DNA of 64,000 bases from Candidatus Bathyarchaeia archaeon (GTDB lineage Archaea; Thermoproteota; Bathyarchaeia; Bathyarchaeales; Bathycorpusculaceae). The stretch spans positions 2,817 through 66,816 of the forward strand of contig JBEKPG010000005.1 of assembly GCA_049520955.1 (NCBI GenBank), read 5' to 3'. Positions 39,448-50,816 of the stretch are shown in pieces (position 1 is the stretch's first letter; each line of letters opens with the position of its first letter). The notes below the pieces were generated by a model, which saw nothing but the letters and a program-made list of their open reading frames with translations, had not been told where the DNA came from and did no database searches. The position numbers and the translations under genes are program-made.

Positions 39448-41652
39448 TTATTGTTTACGGCAGGTTTTCTCGTTTTCAATGCAGTTCCATAGTAATGGTA
39501 AAACTTCTTTTTGTGAGAAAAGACTGTATCGTGCTTTGCTTGGAGTTACTCCCACTTTGATTGAGTATGCTTCTTTGGGAAGTGCAACAAAGAGGTCTTC
39601 GTCGGTTTTGTCGTCTCCAATTGCAAGAATGAAAGTGTATTGTTGTTTTGAAAGCCAATTCTGTGCTGCTCGTCCTTTATTAACTATAGAGCTTTTGATT
39701 TCGATTACTTTGTTTCCATCCATTACTTCAAGGTTAAGGTTTGAAATTGAAGATAGAATATTATCTTTGAGTTCTTTAGCGCGTAAAGAACCAAGGGTAG
39801 GTTCGGTTGCACGGTAATGCCAAGCTAAAGAGAAATCTTTCTCTTCCACGAAACTGCCAGGTGTTCGGTCAGCGTACATCTCAAGAATTGGAAGAATTTC
39901 TTTTTTCCATGCGTCTGAAAGTTGTTCAAGAGCTTTCCAGTCTCCTGAACCTTCTTTAATCCATGCACCATGCTCTGCGACTAATCCAACTTTTAGGGAT
40001 CTGAACCACTCGTCAAACGTTTTTTTGTCCCTGCCGCTGATAAGTACAACTTCATTAGAAGATGATTTACTAAGCTTCCTTAGCATTTTTGCTACATCGT
40101 CTGTAGGTACTGCTTTTTGCGGTTTAGTAGCGAAAGGCACTAATGTACCGTCATAATCAAGTAGAATTAGCCTTCTTTTGCTATTACTGTAGCTTTCGAC
40201 AAGTTCCGTTCGATTAGCTGATGTCATAACTTGTTGATAACTTTCTTGTTGTTTGACATAAGCGTCATTCAAGCGGTTGAGAAAATCGTCTGCCCACCGT
40301 TTAACATTATAACGTGACAATCGTTTTTGCATAATACGATTTCGTTTTATTTGTTCGTCTATAGGCATAGCAAGCGCTGTCTCCAACGCTTCAATTATGT
40401 CTTCTTGATCGTTGGGGTTAACGATAATTGCCTCTCCAAGCTCTTGCGCCGCACCTGTCATTTCCGAAAGAATTAATGCTCCTAAACCATTGATTTTAGT
40501 TGCTATGAACTCTTTGGCCATAAGGTTCATGCCATCGCGTAATGGTGTCACTAAACCAACGTCGGCAACTCCATACAGGGCTACTAATGTTTCAAAAGGA
40601 AGGAATCTTGAGAAATAGCTAACTGGCGTCCAATCTGTGGTGCCATATTTTCCGTTTATTCGACCTACTAATTCATCAATTTGTTTCTTCAATGTTTGGT
40701 ATTGACTTACGTTAATCCGTGAAGGAACTGCGACCAATATGAAGGAGACTTTTCCACGATATTCTGGTTTTCTCTCAATCAGGGCGTCGAAGGCTTCGAG
40801 TCGAAGTGGGATTCCTTTAGTATAGTCGAGGCGGTCAAAAGAAAGAATTATTTTTCGCTTTCCAATCTTTCGTAAAGTGTGTGCCATCTCTTTTTGAACA
40901 AGCGGGTTGTTGCCTGCATCTGAAAATCGTTGATAATCGATACCCATTGGAAAGATGTCAACTTTTGTTTGCCTTGATCCTATTTGAATTTCTCCAAGGT
41001 AATTTTCGTTTCCTAAAATGCGACGGACACATGAAAGAAAATGAAAAACATAATCGTAAGTGTGGAAACCAATTAGGTTTGCGCCAAGTAAGCCTTCAAG
41101 TATTTCTTCTCGCCAAGGAAGAAGTCTAAAAATTTCATGCGATGGAAAAGGGATATGATGGAAATATCCTATCTTAGCATCAGGTAAATGTTCCCGTATC
41201 ATTTGTGGAAGCAGCATCAGTTGATAATCATGAATCCAAATAGTGTCATTAGATTTAGCGACCTTAATTATTTCGTCACAAAATTTTTGGTTGACTTTTT
41301 GGTAAGTCTCCCAATTTTTAAGTTCATATGTTGCATAGAGGTTAAAATAATGAAATAATGGCCATATAGTATTATTGGAGAAGCCTTCATAATAGTATTT
41401 TATTTCATACGGTGTGAGAAAAACTGGATGATACTTTTCATTGCTTAATAAATCAACAATTTGTTTTCTCTCTTCCACCTGCTTTTGATTAAGGTAGATT
41501 CCGGGCCAACCAATCCAAAGGCTGTTACCTAATTTATGAATAGAATTAACACCTGTTGCCAATCCTCCTGTGGTAGGTTGAATTTGAAGTGTAGAATTCT
41601 TTTTAGATATTTGAATCGGTAACCTATTTGAAACAAGTAAAATTCTATCCAT
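39448..41652 (-). CDS. tpsp: Bifunctional trehalose-6-phosphate synthase/phosphatase (OtsA-OtsB fusion)
   Basis: GT20 motifs GGLATG, WIHDYQL, HIPFP, DRLDYTKGI, DGMNL; HAD motifs DYDGTL, SGR, GDDKTDED. Confidence 0.95.
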   Translation of the reverse strand: MDRILLVSNRLPIQISKKNSTLQIQPTTGGLATGVNSIHKLGNSLWIGWPGIYLNQKQVEERKQIVDLLSNEKYHPVFLTPYEIKYYYEGFSNNTIWPLFHYFNLYATYELKNWETYQKVNQKFCDEIIKVAKSNDTIWIHDYQLMLLPQMIREHLPDAKIGYFHHIPFPSHEIFRLLPWREEILEGLLGANLIGFHTYDYVFHFLSCVRRILGNENYLGEIQIGSRQTKVDIFPMGIDYQRFSDAGNNPLVQKEMAHTLRKIGKRKIILSFDRLDYTKGIPLRLEAFDALIERKPEYRGKVSFILVAVPSRINVSQYQTLKKQIDELVGRINGKYGTTDWTPVSYFSRFLPFETLVALYGVADVGLVTPLRDGMNLMAKEFIATKINGLGALILSEMTGAAQELGEAIIVNPNDQEDIIEALETALAMPIDEQIKRNRIMQKRLSRYNVKRWADDFLNRLNDAYVKQQESYQQVMTSANRTELVESYSNSKRRLILLDYDGTLVPFATKPQKAVPTDDVAKMLRKLSKSSSNEVVLISGRDKKTFDEWFRSLKVGLVAEHGAWIKEGSGDWKALEQLSDAWKKEILPILEMYADRTPGSFVEEKDFSLAWHYRATEPTLGSLRAKELKDNILSSISNLNLEVMDGNKVIEIKSSIVNKGRAAQNWLSKQQYTFILAIGDDKTDEDLFVALPKEAYSIKVGVTPSKARYSLFSQKEVLPLLWNCIENEKTCRKQ

Positions 41653-41868
41653 AAAAAATTCGGCTCGGAATGATCATAATAGTGAATCCTCTTGAATAAG
41701 TTTAATGGCTAACTTCATTAGAATGCTTTGTGGTTTTGGGGATTAAAACTTAGCGCGCATGACTGTTCCGAAATTGGTCTAAAATGGTTAAAACTCTCCT
41801 TTTGCAAAAAGAGTTTAAGGGTGAAGTGCTCTTGGCCGTGTTTTTTGGATGGGAAACCGCTGATTTTT

Positions 41869-42120
41869 GCGCACGCGAAACGCTTCAAGGTTAAGGGCGA
41901 TCCGAGGCTGGTGAAGCTATATAGGCTGAGAATGGCTCTTGAAAGAAACTTCAAGGCTGGGAAGCTGGAGCTTATGATGGAGAACCTGCGTTGGAGAGGA
42001 GTAGCTAAGGTGTGGATGCACGCGGTCCTATGCTTCGCGTGCATATACGCCGTGGCAATCACAGCCTACAAAATAGGCAGACCAGAACTAGCCAACAGCA
42101 TCGCAACGTTCACATATTAA
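41869..42120 (+). pseudogene. DDE transposase (IS4/IS5-like) C-terminal fragment
   Basis: LYRLRMALERNF (Y-x2-R-x3-E-R) followed by LRWRGVAKV..HA.L; no N-terminus; bracketed by GCGCGC at 41753 and 42179. Confidence 0.65.
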
Positions 42121-42342
42121 ACGCTGAAAAAGACTCCATTTGCGAAATTAAGCCAAGAAAGAATTAATGACCACTTATGCGCGCCTTATCTGAGATCTTG
42201 CATTTTAAGGAATTAATAAGCTACTTTTCTTTCTTAAGTTGATTAGGACTAATTTCACCCTGGTAATTTAGCCTCTCTTGCATTGACGGAACTGCTCATT
42301 TAGTGGATGGTAACTAGCTCTTGTGGAGAGATCAGCTTCTTT

Positions 42343-42441
42343 CTAAGAAGGGTTGTACCATTCCCAGAGTTCATCAACAGTTTTCTGGGAGCACCCAGAG
42401 TTGACGAGTAATGTCTTGAAATGAATCTTTTCTTTGCTCAT
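42343..42441 (-). CDS. Micro-ORF (32 aa), possibly truncated by a TAG
   Basis: Hand translation MSKEKIHFKTLLVNSGCSQKTVDELWEWYNPS. Confidence 0.3.
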   Translation of the reverse strand: MSKEKIHFKTLLVNSGCSQKTVDELWEWYNPS

Positions 42442-42894
42442 ATGTTACACCTGTTAAAATCTGTAATATTAATATACAATAATCGCAGAATTAAGTATGT
42501 GTGACTGTGAGTCCACAGCAACATTCTGATAGTTGTGTCTGCGCTAATCTGTTCTCAGCATTAATTTACAAGAGAAAAACTAAAAAGAAATAATAGAACT
42601 CAATTAGTTCCTTATTTTTCTAATTTATATTTCTAAAATTATTAAAAATCTTAGAAACCACTTCTTTTATTTTGTTTTGTTTGAAGAGAAAAGGAAAGCC
42701 ATAGTTAACAAGGAGTAGACTGGGGGAAAGTGTTCCCCTTATCCTTGTGAGAAGCTCTCCTTTCTCCTCAAATAAGGAAGTCACCCTCTAAGGCTTAAAA
42801 AGTATATTTCAGAATTGGGATTATGTCAGAAAATCTATTCTTAGATTAATTTTGGCTTAACTTTTAAGTGCTAACTATGCAAATAAGTTACTTC

Positions 42895-43172
42895 GCGCGC
42901 ATACCACCTCTCCAAACTTGAAAGAAGCGGGACTGCTAAAAAAAGAGAACGGCAACTATGTCATCAACAAAGTAATTTTGACAGACTGCATAAAAGTCAA
43001 CCGCTTTCTCATTCGCACGCGCGCTTCGGTTTTACTTCTTATAACAGAATTAACTGTACTAAGACCGCCTCTTGTGACTAGCTTTTACTTCTTTGCCACC
43101 GTTGGTACTTTCATTTGCGCCCTTGCCTTCAGCTATGAGACCGCAAAAGTATGGAGCAAAGGCGGATTTTAA
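42895..43172 (+). pseudogene. Fragment of a wHTH + TM protein
   Basis: AYHLSKLE / EAGLLKKENGNY (frameshifted wing) then two hydrophobic helices; begins at GCGCGC 42895 and has an internal GCGCGC at 43019. Confidence 0.55.
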
Positions 43173-43502
43173 GATCGATTAGTCTTCTCCGCTCTCCGCG
43201 TCATCCTGTTCCTGAAGTTAAATGTTTTTCGGCGCGTACGAACAGTTTGGAGATCGATCATAGCTTCTATGTTGCAAATCTGTCATAAGGACGAACCTTC
43301 CGAGTAGATCAATCGGGCAACTCAGTCATAGTCAGCGTGAAACGAATTTGAAGGTTTCATCAAAAGTTTTTTTGAGTTTTCTAACAAATTTTCGTCTCCC
43401 ATAGGAATCAAAGGCGACAGCAAATGGAACAATTCGCCGCGTTCGAAACTGTGAAAATCGTCGTCAATCTTTTGACCGCAGAAGGAATTGTAGCGCGGCG
43501 CG

Positions 43503-43526
43503 CTACCAGGCTAGGGCAATCCCGCA
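43503..43526. repeat. Direct repeat copy 2 (att-like; tRNA-Ser 5' fragment)
   Basis: CTACCAGGCTAGGGCAATCCCGCA, identical to 30790-30813; the tRNA sequence stops after the D-loop GGTAG. Confidence 0.92.
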
Positions 43527-43760
43527 CATGTAACAATGATCATTTTGGAACCTGCCAAAGTCTGGGTTATAGTGTAGAGTGTGGCGCTCGGATATTTTTG
43601 CTTTCTGGATAGCGAAAATGTAAATCACACAATCTAACCTAAAAGATTTTAGAACCCTGATTAAAGTACGACTTTTGCCTCTTATTGTATTACAGTTTGA
43701 ACGAACGATTAGCAGTCTCATTTTAACAATCAGTTTTTGTTTCTTTGAATCAACACGCTT

Positions 43761-43901
43761 TCATAAAATCGAGAATTCTTTTGTTATTTTGAATTTGGTT
43801 TTGCATTCATCGCATATGTAGGCTTCGATTTGAAAAAATCTGTTCTCAAATGACTTTTGAGGTTTCAGAATTATCTTATGACAGTTAGGACATTTAGCCA
43901 C
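43761..43901 (-). CDS. Zinc-ribbon microprotein (46 aa)
   Basis: GTG start; MAKCPNCHKIILKPQKSFENRFFQIEAYICDECKTKFKITKEFSIL. Confidence 0.55.
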   Translation of the reverse strand: MAKCPNCHKIILKPQKSFENRFFQIEAYICDECKTKFKITKEFSIL

Positions 43902-44281
43902 TTAGATTATCTCTTGCCGTAAAGTACGGTTCGTGAGGGTATATAGATTATGTTGTTTCAATATGTACCAACAATCTTGCACACAAAGCTTTAGCAAGAA
44001 AAGAAGAAAAATTAAAAGCAGTTGCTGTTTTTAATTTTTTTTCAGCTTTTTTCGTTCATCTCTATCTTCATCTGACTCAAACCTCTCTAATAGCAGCTTT
44101 TGAGTCTATAGAAGGCTGTAATTTATTGAAGATTATTTTCGATTTTGCTCACGAAAAGCACCCTAAAACGATTAAAAGCAGCGGCTTTTGGTTATTGGAA
44201 CATATTTTTCTCGGTGAAAAAAGAAATAGAGAAATACCTCCAGCACTAACACTAACATAGATCTTTGTGGTAGGGTTTTGA

Positions 44282-44713
44282 ATGGTGGGAAAATTATCTA
44301 AAGCTGATGTTGCATTCATGATGAAGTTACCGGTGTGTAGACTCGCAACAACAACTGAAGAGTGTGAGCCCGTGGTGAGGCCTGTTTGGCCCGTTTTTGA
44401 CGGCGTAAATGTTTTTATAGCGACGGACCCTGACACGCCAAAGTTGGAGCACATAGAGGGCAACCCTGAGGTATCGTTGGTTTTTGATGATTATGACAGA
44501 GACAACTGGTCTAATATCAAAGGCATCCGCGTGCAAGGAGAAGCAACCGTCATGTGGAAAGGCAAAGAGTACCGTTACGCGCATGAGCTTCTTAAAGAAA
44601 AATATCCTGAATACCAAACTGAGGAAGGTGGCTGGAAAGAAGGCGACATACCGATAATCAAGATATTGCCAACATCTTTTACGAAATGGGCACAAGGCGA
44701 ATGGAAAAAATAG
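44282..44713 (+). CDS. Pyridoxamine 5'-phosphate oxidase-like (PPOX class) protein
   Basis: RLAT..P.VRPVW...TPKLEHIEGNPEVSLVFDDY..W..GIRVQGEA; KYPEY. Confidence 0.88.
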   Translation: MVGKLSKADVAFMMKLPVCRLATTTEECEPVVRPVWPVFDGVNVFIATDPDTPKLEHIEGNPEVSLVFDDYDRDNWSNIKGIRVQGEATVMWKGKEYRYAHELLKEKYPEYQTEEGGWKEGDIPIIKILPTSFTKWAQGEWKK

Positions 44714-44806
44714 CTGAAAACGAAAGAACCTTACTTCAAGTTGGTGATTGATTATGACTTCGAAAAGCTTATCCCTAACCCGCTGCAAATACCCTGAAGA
44801 GTCAAT

Positions 44807-45592
44807 ATGTCGTTTGAGTCAAGCAGAAAACTGGGCCTAACAGCCAGCTTAATATACGTTATAGTCCCAGTCATGATTGTTGTATTATACGGATTTTTGA
44901 TTTTCTCCATATTCGCATCGATTTCAGCTGTTTTTGCAGGTGGAGGAGGTTCACCCTTCGGTTCTTTTCTTTCATTCGGAGTAATATCAATAGCGTTTAT
45001 CGGTCTTGGATTCCTAAGTTTGATTGGATTCATACTGTTTATTGTCTCAATGTACCAGTTTAGTCATTACTACAAAGAACCAGGCATTTTCAAAAATATT
45101 GTATACTCCTTAGTCGTTGGCATCGCAGGAGCTGGAACTTTAGTCGTAATACTGCTCGTCGCCATATTTTCGTCAATAACAATTTCCAGACTGAACACTT
45201 CAGCAACTTCGCCAGCACCAGGATTGTTCTTCATTGGATTTTTTGCAATAATATGCGCGGCTCTTGTTATAGGACTAGTTAGCGCTTTATTTTGCAAGCG
45301 TGCATTTAACCAACTTGGAGAAAAATCAGGGATCAGCAGTTTTGATACCGCCGGATTGCTAATTTTAATCGGTGTGATTATACCATTCATATCTTGGATC
45401 GGGTGGATTTTTGCTGCCTTGGGATTTAACTCGCTCAAGACAAGACCAGCAGAAACCTATTATGCCTACAATATTTCAACGGCGCCAATGGTGAAACCAG
45501 CTACAACACAAAACAAATATTGTCCTTTCTGCGGAACAGCCAACAATTTAGACTCGAGTTACTGCAAAAACTGCGGTAATAAGCTGCTATGA
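44807..45592 (+). CDS. DUF996-like membrane protein with C-terminal zinc ribbon
   Basis: 4-5 TM, FSHYYKEPGIFKN, F.TAGLL...G; C-term YCPFCG...YCKNCG. Confidence 0.8.
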   Translation: MSFESSRKLGLTASLIYVIVPVMIVVLYGFLIFSIFASISAVFAGGGGSPFGSFLSFGVISIAFIGLGFLSLIGFILFIVSMYQFSHYYKEPGIFKNIVYSLVVGIAGAGTLVVILLVAIFSSITISRLNTSATSPAPGLFFIGFFAIICAALVIGLVSALFCKRAFNQLGEKSGISSFDTAGLLILIGVIIPFISWIGWIFAALGFNSLKTRPAETYYAYNISTAPMVKPATTQNKYCPFCGTANNLDSSYCKNCGNKLL

Positions 45593-45717
45593 AACTATGA
45601 ACAATCCGGTAATCAAGCATATTGAAATTTTCTCCAAAGCTTTGTCTGAATTTATCTAACATAAGAAATCTTATATCTTAGTGATTGCTCTTTTCTGAAT
45701 AGAAGTTGTGATTATTT

Positions 45718-46698
45718 ATGGCTGTTAAAACAACCCCTGATTATGTAGATTTACTTAATAAAGCAGTTGAACGTGAAATACAAGTTTCACTTCAATATAT
45801 GCTTCAGCACGCAAAAATGGAAAAACTTGTGCGCAGAACTATCTCAGAAAACATCCTTCTGGAAAAAACCACTTATGATGCCGTGGGAAAGTTTCTAAGA
45901 GAAATCGCTATCCAAGAAATGAAACATGCCGCAAGCATAATTGAGCGCATTTACTATCTTGGTGGACAAGCAACAACTAAATCAGGCAAACCAAGCATTG
46001 GCGACAGCATAAGCGAATTTGCCAAACTAGGCGTAAAAGCTGAAGAAGAAGCCTTAACTCTTTACCGCCAAATCATCGAAACCGCGGCAAAAATGGGCGA
46101 TTGGGAAACCCGTGAACTCTTCGAGAAAATCTACGGCGAAGAAGAAGGGCACCTCTTCAAATTCCAAGAATACACCAAATTCCATGACGAGAAAGAAGAA
46201 GCAAGCAAAGTGCAACTGCCCGAATGGCGCAAAATATACACAGACGATTACTTTACACTCTTAAACAAAGCCGTCTCAGCGGAAATCACTGGAATTATTC
46301 AGTACACGAATCAACATGAGAAGATGGCTTTCCTTGAGCTTCGAATGAAAAACACACCATTAGAAACTATCGCTGAAACCAACAAAGCCGCTGTAGTAAG
46401 CAAGATACTGAAAGAAACCTTTATGCAAGAAATGGACCATCTAGAAAAAATCAGCGAACGTATTTACTTGCTTGAAGGCGAAGCAACATACAAACCAGAT
46501 CCACTACCTGTTATCGGTAACACAGCTCAAGATTTCTTAACGCTTGATCATGCACTTGAAAGCAGCGCAATATCGTTATACCGACAAATCATAGCAGAAG
46601 CGCTCAAACGTAGCGATACAACAACTAGACGCTTGTTCGAAGACATAATAATGCAAGAAGAAAACCACTTTTGGACCTTCGACGACTTTGTAAGATAA
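45718..46698 (+). CDS. Tandem two-domain ferritin/bacterioferritin-like protein
   Basis: Two repeats of LLNKAV..E...QY..QH...QEM.H..ERIY.L.G...E...LYRQII...EE.H. Confidence 0.9.
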   Translation: MAVKTTPDYVDLLNKAVEREIQVSLQYMLQHAKMEKLVRRTISENILLEKTTYDAVGKFLREIAIQEMKHAASIIERIYYLGGQATTKSGKPSIGDSISEFAKLGVKAEEEALTLYRQIIETAAKMGDWETRELFEKIYGEEEGHLFKFQEYTKFHDEKEEASKVQLPEWRKIYTDDYFTLLNKAVSAEITGIIQYTNQHEKMAFLELRMKNTPLETIAETNKAAVVSKILKETFMQEMDHLEKISERIYLLEGEATYKPDPLPVIGNTAQDFLTLDHALESSAISLYRQIIAEALKRSDTTTRRLFEDIIMQEENHFWTFDDFVR

Positions 46699-46798
46699 AA
46701 CAAATCCCTCTTTCCTTTTAAATTAAAATTGTAAGGTGAATTTTCCGAAACCTTAATTCCGAAGGTTCTGCAACAGTAGATATGGCAGAGGCGAAGTA

Positions 46799-46936
46799 AT
46801 GACGGAAAAAAACAAGCCTCGTTGCATGAACTGTGGAAATTTTATCGACGATTGTAATTGCGTGTGCCCATACTGCGGAGAAACCGTAAAATGCACTTGC
46901 TGTATAGGCCCCGATAAGGCATCAGGCGGCGGGTAA
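46799..46936 (+). CDS. Cys-rich microprotein (45 aa, 9 Cys)
   Basis: Hand translation MTEKNKPRCMNCGNFIDDCNCVCPYCGETVKCTCCIGPDKASGGG; ends 29 nt before the OFOR alpha start. Confidence 0.7.
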   Translation: MTEKNKPRCMNCGNFIDDCNCVCPYCGETVKCTCCIGPDKASGGG

Positions 46937-46965
46937 ACCGTCTACTTAGCATAAATTATTCAAAG

Positions 46966-49858
<2,893 letters not shown>

Positions 49859-50292
49859 AATTGGTGCCTCATAAAGAGGCGTAAAAAGCCGTCTCCTTTC
49901 TCATTAATTAAGTGCCATTTACCACTTATAAAGCGCTATTTCTATAATCGACATATATCTAATAAAAAGTGCTTTACTTGGTATTCTTTCTGCCTTGTCG
50001 AAAGCTGCCGATGCCTAAGTTTTGATAAGAAAATTCATCAGCAAAATGACCTCAGCATTTTCTACTTTGTTGCAGCTTGCTTTTGTAGGGTTACTAGAAA
50101 TAGACGAAGATGAGGCTTCGTATTTTAGTTTGTTTTTGCGTAACGCTTAATCCAACTAGTATTTACGGTAAAATAGGTTTTTTTGTTAAAAAAAGCCTTT
50201 TCTGGACTATTTTATTGATGTTTTTTGTTTATTTTTTATGGGAACTATTGTTGTCTCTATAGGCTATATTTTCAGTTTCATGTGGAAATACC

Positions 50293-50348
50293 TTATATAT
50301 GCGCTAAGCGTAGTGTGCTAATAAGATTGTTGACACTACAGATATAAT
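50293..50348 (+). promoter_or_regulatory. TATA box followed by two candidate NrdR boxes 32 bp apart
   Basis: TTATATAT (50293-50300); GCGCTAAGCGTAGTGT (50301-50316) and ACACTACAGATATAAT (50333-50348) partly match acaCwAtATaTwGtgt. Confidence 0.5.
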
Positions 50349-50369
50349 AAAGCATGAGTATGTTAACCC

Positions 50370-50816
50370 ATGAGATGTCCTTACTGCAACTCTGAAAACT
50401 CCAAAACCTTGGAAACGCGCGATTCTCCAGAGAATACTACGCGCAGGCGCAGAGAATGCATCAGCTGCGGAAAACGCTTTACGACCTACGAGTACGTAGA
50501 AACCGTGGAGCTTATGGTAAGAAAAAAAGACGGCAGACTTGAACGCTTCGACGTTAACAAGATAATCCGGGGCTTGCAGAAAGCATGCGAGAAAAGGCCG
50601 GTAACCATGAATCAAATCAACGAGTTGGCAGGACAGGTAAGGCAGGACCTTATGCTTAAAGACACTGAAGAAGTCTCATCCCAAGAAATCGGAGATTTAA
50701 TCATGAAGCACCTAAAAAACATCGACCGTATAGCGTACATTAGGTTTGCTTCGGTTTACAAAAAGTTTGAAGAGCCTGAAGATTTCAGGCGGTTACTCCT
50801 TGAGGTGAAAAAATGA
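50370..50816 (+). CDS. nrdR: Transcriptional repressor NrdR
   Basis: MRCPYC...TRRRRECISCGKRFTTYE zinc ribbon + ATP cone; IAYIRFASVY. Confidence 0.96.
   Translation: MRCPYCNSENSKTLETRDSPENTTRRRRECISCGKRFTTYEYVETVELMVRKKDGRLERFDVNKIIRGLQKACEKRPVTMNQINELAGQVRQDLMLKDTEEVSSQEIGDLIMKHLKNIDRIAYIRFASVYKKFEEPEDFRRLLLEVKK

Larger units (their letters stand above)
30790..43526. mobile_element. Degenerate integrated element/genomic island in the 5' end of tRNA-Ser
   Basis: 24-bp terminal direct repeats from the tRNA 5' end; contains IS fragments, pseudogenes and accessory genes; no integrase seen. Confidence 0.8.

Noticed and set aside
42343-42345. TAG read-through (pyrrolysine) in the 32-aa micro-ORF
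   Set aside because: No pyl genes in the window; a nonsense mutation in a decaying island is simpler
30813-43502. Integrase for the island
   Set aside because: No ORF with tyrosine (R-K-H-R-H-Y) or serine recombinase motifs found; only IS110 and DDE fragments
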